NCBI GenBank assembly: GCA_965240325.2 | Contig: OZ251223.1 | Span: forward strand, 1,922,001 to 1,986,000 | DNA length: 64,000 nucleotides | Source: Rebecca billardiae RCC1528 | Taxonomy: Eukaryota > Protista > Haptophyta | Direction of reading: 5' to 3' | Shown: positions 11,462 to 22,472 of the stretch, piece by piece | How the letters are laid out: every line of letters begins with the position of its first letter | Position numbering within the stretch: the stretch's first letter is position 1 | Position numbers and translations under genes: made by a program | The notes under the pieces: generated by a model | Seen by the model: only the letters and a program-made list of their open reading frames with translations | Told to the model about the DNA's origin: nothing | Database searches by the model: none

Positions 11462-13186
11462 TGGCCCGCGGTGCAGGGCGGAGCGCGCAGCGTGGAGCCC
11501 GCTCCGTGGACACTACTGTAACCACGTTTCAAAAAGATCTTTGATCAAAGAAAAAAGGGACGGGGGACGATTTTCAGGGCTGGAGGAGACCGAATTTCGA
11601 ATTTTGAGACCGCAAAGAGACATCCATTAGCGAGAAATGGGCACGTCCGGCTTGTTTGTATTCAGAGGAATCAACGAAACCCACGTCCAAGTGTGCGAGG
11701 GTGGGTAATTGTGGGTAGACTGTGACCATAGTAAATAAGCACATGACCATAGTAAACAAGCCTCGCTGCCGCTACTAGGCGCGCGCCAGACACGGAGCGC
11801 GCGCACCAGTTGCGTCGCGCTGCGCACGGCCACGGAGCATGCGCGACGAGATCGCGGCGGGGGCGGCGAGATCGCGGCGGGGGCGACGGGCAACAACCTG
11901 CCCGCGGGCGCGTTCGTCACTCGAGGAGCAGCGCGCAAGGGCGAGCCGAGTCCGGAGCACGCGAGCTCGTCGCTCGCCGCCCGGAGCAGAGCGCGCCGCT
12001 GCGAGCGAGCGGCGCGGCACAGCTGATGAGCCCGAAGCGCCCGGAGCTCGCGCGGCTGACGGGCGAGCTCGAGCACGCGAGCTCGCGCCTCGACGCTGAG
12101 CGCGAGCTCCTCCTCAACTCGGTCGACGGCGGCGCGGAGGTGCAGCAGCGTGAGGACGAGCAGGAGCATCAGTGAAACGCGCGCCGGTTCCGGGTCGCAG
12201 CGGTGCCCAGCTGCCTGCCACGCGAGCGGCGGCCACGTGGCGCGAGGAGCTGCGTGGGGAAATCGCCGCGCGCGTCGACGCGGCGATCACCGGGCTGCAG
12301 GCCTCGGCAATCGACGCGGTGCGCACCCTCGCCGCCAGCCGCGACGACTCCGCCGTCGAGCTGCAGCAGCTGCGCGCGCAGATGCCAGAAGTGCCGATGG
12401 GCGGCGGCGTATCAGCAGGCTGACGTGCACGAGCACGTGACACGCGGAGGCGCTAGGCGCCAAGCTGGCGAAGTGCGGCGCCGAGCTCGACGAGCTGAGC
12501 GACGCGGCAACGGACGCGCTGGGCGCCCGCGCCGCCATCGTCGCGGCGCCCTCCAGCAGCTCGAGCAGCTGTGGATAGTTGGCCGTCGAGGCGACCGCGG
12601 GTGTGACTCACAGTGTGAGTGAGCCGGCGCGCGGCTCAGCCTGCCGCTGGCAGCCGCCGTCTTCGAGGCCGACGCGGCGGAGGAGGCGGCGGGCGAGCAC
12701 GGCGGCGCGGTGGAGCAGGCGCGCACGCGCGGCGGCAGGCGCGACGCGCCGCTCGCCTCGTTCCACCGCCCCGAGCTCCGCTCGGTCGGTCTCGGTGCGA
12801 GGCTGCGCAGCCGGCAGGCCGGGGCCAGCAGTGGCGCGCGCTCTCGCTCTGCCGGCACGAGCGACCAGCGGCCCGTCGTCGAGCGCATGGCGCAGGGCGA
12901 GTACCTCAAGCAGGTGCGCCCGCTCGCGCGCACGCGCCGGCTCGCGCCGCGCCAGCGCCTCTCGCCCTGCCTGCGCGCGCGCGCCGGCCGCTAGTCCCCG
13001 CGGCGGCCCGCGGACCCGCGGCGACAGTCCTCGGCCCGCCGGCCCGGTGGGCGGCAGTGACTGAGTTGGCGGTGGCAGCTCAGGCGAACTGTTACACATG
13101 TCAGACTGAGACAGCAGCCGACGGAGGGTGCGCCGCGGGCCCCGAACTACGTTCGTTCTACGGAAAAAGACCGCGGAACGCGGTCA
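11462..13186 (+). mobile_element. Non-autonomous Helitron2/Helentron-like element, copy 2, with coding-like cargo
   Basis: Starts A|TGGCCCGCGGTGCA. Ends TGCGCCGCGGGCC..(~30 nt)..GACCGCGGAACGCGGTCA|T. The 5' ~260 bp matches copy 1 and the 3' ~700 bp matches copy 3. Confidence 0.72.
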
Positions 13187-13320
13187 TTATCACGTTGCTG
13201 CGCCAGAGTCATCACAGCATAGCGCTAGCATTATCAGTGGCGGATCACCTGATTCACATCAGCAGGTGCGCCCGGACGTCGCGTCACGCGTGCCATTGCC
13301 ACCGCCGACGAATGGGCAAT

Positions 13321-15627
13321 TTAGGCCGCGTCCGGCTCGGGCTCACCGTCGCTCGGCTGCGAGCCGTCCATGCGCACGCCAGCGCCCTTCTTCACGCTGG
13401 CCGTCGGCACGACCGCGCCCACAGGGGACGGGGCGGGCGTGGCGGGGACCAGGCGGCTGTTCTTCTCGAGCGTCGCCTTGTCCTCGTCGCTCAGCCAGCG
13501 GCGCTCGAAGAGCGACGTGCCCTTCCACGGCCGGCGGCCGATGCCCGCCGGCGGGGCGTTGCCCGTCTCGCGCGCAACCACCTGGGCGGTCCTGCACTCG
13601 CAGCCGTAATTCCAGGGCTTGGCCTGGCAGCCGCCCATGCCGGCGCGCGTGCGCTTGCGGATCGCCTGCGTGCTGTCGACCGGCAGCGAGCGCCAGACGG
13701 CGCCGGCCACCTCCGCCTCGGTCACCTTCTCGCACTTGCAGACGACGTTGGCCTCCGGCGCCGCGCCCGCCGAGTTGACCTCCGTCTTCGTGTCCGGCGT
13801 GTACACGAGGCCCTCGTCCCCGCTCTTGGGCACGATCAGCGGCGCGCGGATCGGGTTGAACTCGGGGTCGGCGGGCGCGTCCAGGCCCGCCTTGGCGAGC
13901 AGGTCCAGCACCTCGAGAGCGATGGCGGGCGAGGCGGCGATACCCGGCGAGTCGATGCCGGCGGCGTGGATGAGCTGCGGCTCGGTCGCGCACGGCTCGA
14001 TGATCCAGTCCCCGCGGCTCGACTTGGCGCGCGCGCCGGCGAACGAGTGGAAGGCCTCGGCCGCGTCAAAGTCGGGCACGAGCGAGCGGCACGCGGACAT
14101 GACGGTGCCGATCACCTCCTCCTTGGACGCCGGGTCCACGTTCGGGTCGGCCCACTCGTGCTGGTCGCGCGCGGTCGGGCCGAGGATGAGGTTGCCCCAC
14201 AGGGTCTTCTGCACCAGGATGCCTGCAGGGCGCGGGGGGGCGGGAGAGGGGGAAGCGGGGAAGGGGAGGGGGCGCGGAGAGGGCGGAGATCAGTTTAAGC
14301 CAACGCTGCCACTCGCCACAGTTGCGCGCGCGAGCGCGCGCTCGGCGGGGGCATGCTCAGCCGCGCATCCGCGCGCACCCTTTCCGTACGGGCCGGGGCA
14401 GGGGAAGAGGATGTGGTTGCAGAGGTGGCCCTGCGACTTCTTGAGCAGCACGTACTCGCCGAGCCGCGGCTTGATCGTGAAGGAGTTGTCGCCCACCATC
14501 GCCGCGACCTTGTCCGAGAAGCCGCCGGCGCAGTTGACCACGTACCGCGCGCGGATCTTCTCGCTGCCCACGGTCACGCCGTCCATCGCGCGCTTCGAGC
14601 CCGAGCCGCCGACCTTCATCGCCTCGACGTCGACCTTCTGCTCGCCGCGCTTGAGCTCGGGGAACTTCTCCCACGGGCCGCCCTCCGCCTCCGCGCCGTA
14701 GTAGTTGCCGAGGCCGCCGGCCGCGCTCGCCTCCTGCGCGGCGAGCCACTCGCGCGGCTCCCAGTGCTCGAGGTCGAGCTCCATCAGCCCGTCGGCACCG
14801 CGCGCCATGCCCGTAAGCTCGCGGCGGATCCGCACCTCCACGCCGTTGTCCACCGCGTTCTCCGCGAGCGCGATCGTGTACTCGTACGGGATGAGCGTGC
14901 CGGCGTCGGGCGAGAAAAGGCCAGACACAATGTCGGACGCGATGTGCGGCTCCATCTGCTTGAGCTCCTCGCCGCGGACGATGCGCAGGTTCTGCACGCC
15001 GTTGGTCTTGCCGCGCTCGAGCAGCTCCTCGAGGTGCGCCTCGTCCTCCGGCGTGCGCGCGAGCACGAGCGAGCCGGTCAGCTGGTAGCCGAAGTGGAGC
15101 TCCTCGTCGAGCTTGGGGAACATCTGGTTGCCCTTCCAGCAGAGCTTCGCGCGCGTCGTGCCGGGCTTGTCGTCAAAGCCGGCGTGCACGATGCCCGAGT
15201 TGCCCTTGGTCGCGCCCTGACACACGTCATCCGCCGCCTCGACCATCAGGACCGACGCGGTCGTCTTGGCGAGCTCGCGCGCGACCGCCGCGCCGATGCA
15301 GCCGCCGCCGACAATCACGACGTCGTACGTGCCGTCGGGCTTGGCCGCCGAGTGGCGGGTGCGCGAGCGGGGGCAGGGCTGCGAGAGGTCGGGGCGCGTG
15401 TTCGAGGCGCCCGCCACGTTGAACTTGGTCGGGCACTCCTCGAGCGGCACCCAGTGCCCGCCGACGAACGCGCCGCCCTCGCCGTGCACGCGCGCGCCCT
15501 CTGCCATGCGGACGGCATGCCGCGCGGTGCGGCCGAGCGGGCGGCGCGTGGCGACGCCGACCGAGGCCGAGGACGGGTGCACGAGCGCCGAGGCGCCCGT
15601 CGCGAGCAGGAGGATGGCCGAGAGCAT
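13321..15627 (-). CDS. FAD-dependent oxidoreductase (GlpA/DAO-like) with C-terminal BFD-like [2Fe-2S] domain; probable plastid presequence; intron 14378-14223
   Basis: YDVVIVGGGCIG, GATKGNSGIVHAGFD, VVNCAG, KG|ILVQKTLWGNLILGPTA, AAGIDSPG, VCKCEKVTEAEV..IRKRTRAGMGGCQ..C. N-terminus MLSAILLLATGASAL. Confidence 0.9.
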
Positions 15628-16121
15628 GCTTGTGCTGGTGCCCGAGCGCGAGAGGTGGGGCGGTCGGGTGGCCGTCGACGTCGATCGCGCGGCGGCGGCG
15701 TTTGCGCGATCTGAGACCGCGCGCGGAGGTGCGGTCAAGGGTGGTCCCAGCGCCGTGGGACGGCAGTTTTAGCTATTGGGCAGTCAGGCTGGGCCTCGCG
15801 ACCCAAACGGCGTTGTCCAGCAGTCCAGGACGCGACGCGGAACAGCTTTCGATCAATCAGAGCAAAGGACCATCAATCAAAGAGTCGCCAAGTAATTCTT
15901 CGCCTTCATCATAGAATTCGATGAGAAGCTCCATCGGGCGGGAAAATAAACGCCGGCCGGCCAGCCGCCGCGGTGGACGGCGACCGACGGAGCTACCGTG
16001 CCTAGACTAGTAGGATCTAGTACTGACGTTTGAGTGAGCGTCACGCCGGGACCGCAGTCTCTGAGTCTGATCGTATTGCCCGTCGAGCGGATGCCAACAC
16101 CATCGCGGCAGCCTCCACTGC

Positions 16122-16748
16122 TCAGCGCGAGGCATCAGCGTCGGATGGCGCCTGGTCGAGCCCGGCGACAAACCCGACTGCGCGCGCGACCGCCTCGGCC
16201 GCCGCCGCCGCACCCTCGGCCTCGGCGCGCTCGGCGGCGCGCGCCGCCGCAGCAGCGCGCTTGGTGCGCAGCGGCTGCGGAACTGGCATCACCACGCCAT
16301 GCCCGCCTGCAGCCTTGTACAGAAGGCCAAGCTGCAGGGGCTTCCCGCCCAGCTCGGGCTGCGCGCCGACGGCCGCTTCGGCAATCAGCGGCGCCTGCAC
16401 CTGCGCCGCGCGCAGCATCGACATCGGCAGGCCGTCTGCGGACGAGACGAGGCCGACGGCGCGCCAGGGCGAATCCGACTCGCCGTCAGGCCGCACATAC
16501 ACTGCACGCGGCGTCGTCCGCGCTGCCTGAAGCCGGTAGACCAGGCGCTGGCGGCGCGCGGACAGCGCGCTCGCCGGCCGCAGCGGCCGTGGCACCGGGC
16601 AATGGCCGTAGTCCGAGCTGCGCGCGGGCGAGGCCGACGAGGAGAGGACGGGGGCGATACTCGACATGCGCAGCGCGCCACGCGGCGCGACTCCCACCAC
16701 CGAGGCGAGATTGCACGCGAAGAGCACTGCGGCCGCGTTCGCAAACAT
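16122..16748 (-). CDS. Hypothetical protein with signal-peptide-like N-terminus
   Basis: 208-aa ORF with ATG, hydrophobic N-terminus and protein-like composition, divergent from the translocator gene. 3' end uncertain. Confidence 0.45.
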   Translation of the reverse strand: MFANAAAVLFACNLASVVGVAPRGALRMSSIAPVLSSSASPARSSDYGHCPVPRPLRPASALSARRQRLVYRLQAARTTPRAVYVRPDGESDSPWRAVGLVSSADGLPMSMLRAAQVQAPLIAEAAVGAQPELGGKPLQLGLLYKAAGGHGVVMPVPQPLRTKRAAAAARAAERAEAEGAAAAAEAVARAVGFVAGLDQAPSDADASR

Positions 16749-17080
16749 GTTGGCGGCGAGTCGGCGGCACGGTGCCTGCCTGGGTGACGAGGGTGACGAC
16801 GGCTGGAGTCGCGTCGTGCTCGACTTTACTCACGATGATGCTATCTGTAGTCAAGTTTGACAGTTTCTGAGTCGTAATCGATATGAATTGTCCGACATTG
16901 ATGACTCGGGTGCCCGTTCGGACCTCCCGGGACAACGCAACCTGGCCAATGGCGTGCAAGCCCACCGGGAGTCGTGCCGTCGCGTGGTCCTGCCTCCCCA
17001 GTGGTTTGGTCCCAGACCCTGAGGACGTTCGTTCCCGCCCACGGAACGCGCGGCGCCGTGCTCCTCGGGCGGACGGTCCT

Positions 17081-18481
17081 ATGGCTCTCGCGATGCACAC
17101 GCGCTCCCTCGTCCTGCTCGCGCTGCTGCCGGCGACAGCAGCCTACTCGCCGTCGGCGTTGGCATTCCGCCCGCGGCTCACCGCGAGCGCCGCCGCCGGT
17201 GCTGCCGCTCGCCGCATGCCGCGCGCCGACTCCTCGCACATGGCTGACGCAGCAGCGCCGCGCACCATGAAAGGCATCGGCAAGCTCAACCCGGTGAAGG
17301 GGATCGTCGACATCTTCCAGGGCAGCTCAAACTTCGAGCCGGTGGCGTGCGGCGACCTCGATGAGTGCATCGCGCTGTGCGACGAGGAGGAGTGCCACGT
17401 GCTCGCGCCCACCTCGCTGCTCCACCGGCTGAAGGTCGGCTTCTACTTTGGCGTCTGGTTCCTCCTGTCGGTCGGCTACTCGGTCACCAACAAGAAGGTC
17501 ACGAACGTGCTGCCGCTGCCGTGGACGGTCGCCACCGCGAGCGTGCTCGTCGGCTCCGTCTTCGTCTCCGGCATGTGGGCGACCGGCGCGCGCACGCCGC
17601 CCACGCTCCCGCGCGGCGCGCTGCTCGCGCTGCTGCCCGTCGGCGCGTTCCACGCGATCGGCCACATCGCCGGCACGCTCGGCACGGCCGCTGGCTCGGT
17701 CTCGTTCGCGCAGGTGGTGAAGGCGGCGGGCCCGGTGTATGCGTGCATCCTCTCCGCGCTCTTCCTCTCGCAGCGCGTCTCGCGCCGCGTTGCGCTCTCG
17801 CTTGTGCCGATCATGTCGGGCGTGGCGCTCGCCACCCTCAAGGAGCTCGAGTTCTCGTGGCTCGCGCTCGGCGGCGCTGTCGTGAGCGACCTCGCGCTCG
17901 CGCTGCGCAACGTGTGCTCCAAGCTGTCGATGGACGCGCCCAAGGGCAAGAACATGACGCCGGCCAACCTCTTTGGCGTGCTCACGGTCATCTCCACGCT
18001 CGTCTCGCTGCCGATGGCCTTCATCGCGGAGCGGCACGTGGCACGCGCAGCTTGGGCGGCAGCGACCGCCACGATGCCCGCGCAGCAGCTGCTGTGGCAG
18101 ATCACGCTGACCGGCCTCTACTTCTACGGCTACAGCGAGGTCGCGATGCAGGCGCTCAACAACGTGAGCCCCGTCACGCACGCGATCGGCAACACGCTCC
18201 GGCGGGTCGTCATCATGGTCGTCTGCGCCGTTGTGTTCAGCACGCCGATGACGCCGCTGGGCATGGCCGGCTCGGGGCTCGCCATCGGCGGCTCGTACCT
18301 CTACACCATGGCCAAGCACGCTGAGAAGGCTGCCGAGAAGGCCGCCGAGGCCGAGAAGGCGGCCGTGCTCACCGAGCCGGTGATCCCCACCCCGCCGTCC
18401 TACGACCCGCTCAGCACAAAGTTCAACTCAACAGACATTGGTGCTGCGCCCCGGGCACCGGCGGCAGCTGACTCGGATTGA
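17081..18481 (+). CDS. Plastid phosphate translocator (TPT/PPT family)
   Basis: Bipartite presequence; GFYFGVWF..YSVTNKKV, GSVSFAQVVKAAGPV, ALRNVCSK, VSPVTHAIGNTLRRV; multiple TM helices. Confidence 0.9.
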   Translation: MALAMHTRSLVLLALLPATAAYSPSALAFRPRLTASAAAGAAARRMPRADSSHMADAAAPRTMKGIGKLNPVKGIVDIFQGSSNFEPVACGDLDECIALCDEEECHVLAPTSLLHRLKVGFYFGVWFLLSVGYSVTNKKVTNVLPLPWTVATASVLVGSVFVSGMWATGARTPPTLPRGALLALLPVGAFHAIGHIAGTLGTAAGSVSFAQVVKAAGPVYACILSALFLSQRVSRRVALSLVPIMSGVALATLKELEFSWLALGGAVVSDLALALRNVCSKLSMDAPKGKNMTPANLFGVLTVISTLVSLPMAFIAERHVARAAWAAATATMPAQQLLWQITLTGLYFYGYSEVAMQALNNVSPVTHAIGNTLRRVVIMVVCAVVFSTPMTPLGMAGSGLAIGGSYLYTMAKHAEKAAEKAAEAEKAAVLTEPVIPTPPSYDPLSTKFNSTDIGAAPRAPAAADSD

Positions 18482-19447
18482 GACTGAATCGTCACTTCGA
18501 CGATGACGATCCGCTACTCCGCTAGAGCCTCAGTACAGTATTAACCGCATATAACTGGTCATATCAGACATGATTTCACATTATTCCGATTAAGTCATAT
18601 TTACTGATTTACTCACGACTCTTGACTCTCATACTCTCACTCATTACTCTGCACTCTGTGAGCCTCGATGAGTCGATCTGTCGGGGCACCGCGCCGTTCG
18701 GCCCCGCCCGCCGGGCACTCGCTCGCGACTGCGAGTGTAGTGCCGGACGGCCGCGGCGGTGGTTTTAAGTTTACACGGACTGAGTGAGGCGCAGGACTCT
18801 ATTTTTACTACTATGTATTAGTACCCATTTCTGATTTCAGACTCTGCTCAGAACACGGTCCGAGAGCGACGGTCCGGATGCATACGTAGCCGTACTGATT
18901 GGAAATATGTCACTGGACTGGGTAAATAGCTATGAAAAATAGAGTCTGAACTAGTCACAAACTGATTTTCACACCCTGTGAGGCCTGATGATTCACTGAT
19001 AATGCAGGGCACTACTCACTCTAGTCATTCCGGGACCCGTAATCCATAGCAACCCCAGGCTTGGGGCCCTGTGGGACCGACTTCGGGCGCTCATTCGGCC
19101 GCAGGAATGCGATGATCATTTTCGGTACGCCCGCTTTCTATGACCGGACTGGCAGGGGTCAACCGGAGCCAGAGCCAAGTGGCATCGGAGTCCTCGAGCC
19201 TCGGTCAGTCCGCCGTCGGTGGGGCTCGGTGGCCGGCGTCGCGGAGCCACTGGGGCCTCGGATCACTCGCGACCAGATGCCAGGTGATGGGTTTGAGGTC
19301 ACGGAGGCCGTGGACAGCCCCGGCTGGCTTGGGCAGCACCCTACGCGCCCGAAAGGCTTGGGGATCATTAGCGGTCGTTCACGGTCACGCCTCACTGCCT
19401 CGCGGCGGAGTCACGGTGCTGGCAGCTCTTGCCCAGTCCGTGATTCA

Positions 19448-19984
19448 TCACATGCCATTCTCTGCAAAGCCAATGAGCTGCAGCGCAGCACAGAGAATCG
19501 CGCTTCGGCTTCCCTCTTGTCCCAGCTCGTCCTCGCCGAGACTGTCGAAGGCACCCTCACCCGCTGAGATGAGCGCTTCGCACACGCCTTCCTCCGCCGA
19601 GAAGGCACCTCGAGAAAGATCGTTCATGACACGGGTGAAAGGCGTTGCGCGCCCGAAGTTTCCCGCGCGCTGCACTGCAAGGGCAAGTGCGAGAATCCGC
19701 TCTCCAGTCATGATGCCATCCTTCGCCTCCAGCCAGGCCCTTCGCGCCTCTGGTGTGGCGAGGCGACTCCGGATAATCTGGGCGCGGTCGTGTGCCTCGC
19801 CGACAGCATAACCCCAATTCCAATTCGTGGAGCCCCAGGTGACATCCCACGCCCAGGAGACAGGGGAGGTGCCAAATGCACTCTGTGTTGCCATGACAGC
19901 CGCTGACCGCGTGCGCATCGCCGAGGCGCGACCATGCAGCTGCATACCAATGACAGCAGTGCGGATGAGCAAGGCCGCCGCCAT
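19448..19984 (-). CDS. Hypothetical protein, possibly plastid-targeted
   Basis: ORF with a presequence-like N-terminus and a Trp-rich motif WGSTNWNWGYAVGEAHD; head-to-head with KMO. Confidence 0.55.
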   Translation of the reverse strand: MAAALLIRTAVIGMQLHGRASAMRTRSAAVMATQSAFGTSPVSWAWDVTWGSTNWNWGYAVGEAHDRAQIIRSRLATPEARRAWLEAKDGIMTGERILALALAVQRAGNFGRATPFTRVMNDLSRGAFSAEEGVCEALISAGEGAFDSLGEDELGQEGSRSAILCAALQLIGFAENGM

Positions 19985-20241
19985 AGGACGAGTATTCGAG
20001 GTCCGAGTGATCACGAGATTCCGATGGGATAACCGGAGATTCACGAATCACGTGCCATCATCTACCGTTGAGACGCGAGCGTCCCCGGTATGTATTACTA
20101 TGGAGCTCACTTTCCCAGGCGTTCGACGAATCAGCGAGCTCAAAGCGGCGAGCTGGCGACGACACCGGCACGGGTGTTGCTGGAAGCGTCTCTCGAGCCG
20201 CCTCCGCGCCCTCCGGGATCTCCCCGCGCGTGGACCCCGCC

Positions 20242-21821
20242 ATGGCGGTGATGAATGGCGCGACTACGTCGACGCATGGGTCGGAGGGCGAGCGGGCGGA
20301 CCAGCCCGTCGTCGTTGTCGGCGCCGGGCTCGCTGGTCTGCTCTCCAGCCTGTACATGCGCCGGCGCGGCATGGACATTGTGATCTCGGACATCCGCGAC
20401 GACCCACGGATCGCGCAGCTGCAGCACGTGGAGTCGGCGCAGGGCAAGCACAAGCTGGACGGGCTGGGCAAGCTGGGCAACGCGACGCGGCGCTCGATCA
20501 ACCTCGCCCTCAGCGCGCGCGGCCTGCGCGCGCTGCGCAAGGCCGGGCTGGACGAGGACGTGCTGCAGGACGCGGTGCAGATGAACGGCCGGATGATCCA
20601 CGACCTGCAGGGGCGCACGACGCTGCAGCCGTACGGCGACACCCCGGACGAGGCGTTGTACTCGGTCTCGCGCGATGCGATGACGCGCTACCTCGTGGAC
20701 AACCTCACCGCGCCGCCAGCCGAGGGCGAGGGGCGCGTGGACGTGCGCTTCCGCAGCAAGTGCGTCGGCATCTCGGCGCACGGCACCGTCCAGCTGCAGA
20801 CGGCCGACGGGCGGACGGAGGCGCAGCCGTCGCAGGTGGTGATCGGCGCGGACGGGATCTTCTCGGTCACGCGCCGCGAGATCTCCCGGCACACGCGGCT
20901 CAACCTCTTCCAGGAGTACATCGAGCACGGGTACATCGAGGTGGGCATCCCGCCCTCGCCCGAGGGCGAGTTCCAGCTCGAGCCGAGTGCGCTGCACATC
21001 TGGCCGCGGCACGACTTCATGCTGATCGCGCTGCCCAACGTGGACCGCTCGTTCACCGGCACGCTCTTCGCGTCGTGGGACATCCTCGCCAAGCTCGAGA
21101 ACCAGGACTACGCCGTGCAGTGGTTCACCGAGCAGTTCCCGGACGCGGCCTGCCTCGTGCCCTCACTCGGGCGCGCGCTGTCGACAAACGTGCGCGGCGC
21201 GCTCGCGACCGTCAAGTGCTCGCCGTGGCACGCGAACGGGCGGATTCTCCTGATCGGCGACGCCGCGCACTCGGTCGTGCCGTTCTACGGCCAGGGCATG
21301 AACTGCTGCTTCGAGGACTGCCTCGTGCTCGACGAGGCGTACGAGCTCGCGCGCGGCGACTGGTCGATCGCGCTGCCGCTCTTCTACAACGCGCGCAAGT
21401 CTGCGTGCGACGCGCTCGCCGAGCTCTCGCTTCACAACTACGTCGAGATGTGCGCGCTCGCGGGCGCGGGCGGCGCGCGGGCGGGCAGGCCGCGCGGGCG
21501 GGCTGACCTGTGCGCGCCCCGCCCACGCCGCCCGCGCGCACCCGCCGCGCCCCCCACCATCCCACCCCGGCCCGCAGGCGCTCGCGCACCGCGTCGCGCT
21601 GGTTTGTGCTTAAGGGACACATCGACCGCGCGCTGCACCGCGCCTTCCCCGCGTGGCACTCGTCGCTGCACTCGGCCGTGTGCTCCTCGCACCTGGAGTA
21701 CGACGAGGCGATGGCGGCCTGCGCTCGGCAGGACCGCCTCCTCGTGCAGGGCATGGTCGCCCTCGCCGGGCTCACGGCCGGCACCGCGCTGCTCGCCGTC
21801 TCGCGCTTGCGCGCGCGGTGA
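20242..21821 (+). CDS. KMO: Kynurenine 3-monooxygenase; intron 21450-21577
   Basis: VVGAGLAG, RSINLALSARG, GADG, ALHIWPR, LIGDAAHSVVPFYGQGMNCCFEDC, NYVEM|RS; C-terminal TM anchor. Confidence 0.92.
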
Positions 21822-22472
21822 GCGGAGCCCCCGCCCGCCCCTGGCCCCCTGGGCCTGGACAGAGCGGCCGTGCGTGTCGCGCGGCCCCTGCTCGCCAGCG
21901 CGCGCCGCTCTCAAGTCAGAGCCAGGTGCGCGTGCTGCTTCAAACCGTGGGGCAGGCCTGCGCGACATTCGCTCAGCCGGCATGGCCACCCACGCCTTAG
22001 GCCGTGCGATGCGAGCGAGGAGTTGACGATGCTCCTGATTACGACAATCGTGACCGATCGGGCCCGCGGGCGCCAGGGGCGCCAGGCGCCCGAGGCGCGT
22101 GTCGTACGCACCGTCACGCAGAGCCTCGCGTCTGCCCCCTACTTGCGACTTCGACCGTCAGCAGACCGCGGCACTCACAGCAGTGCCGAGTGCGTGGGTC
22201 TGCGTCCACTTTGACCCTTTGTCCGCACCGGCACCGCGGCGCCAACGTCAGAAGACAGCTCCTCGTGGAGCCACGTGCCTCAGGCTCAGCGGGAGATGAG
22301 TAGCCATCAGGCTGCTTGACAGAAAGAGGTGAGCAAGCGCTTGTTTCGTCGAATCTGAAATCGCCGTGCCACTTTGCGCTTCGTCGGACGAGCCGCCATC
22401 GCGCGCGGCTGATGCGGGGTGCCGACAGTTAGCGTGCGGAATACGCGGCGGGCTTGCCGCCCGCGTTGTCGG

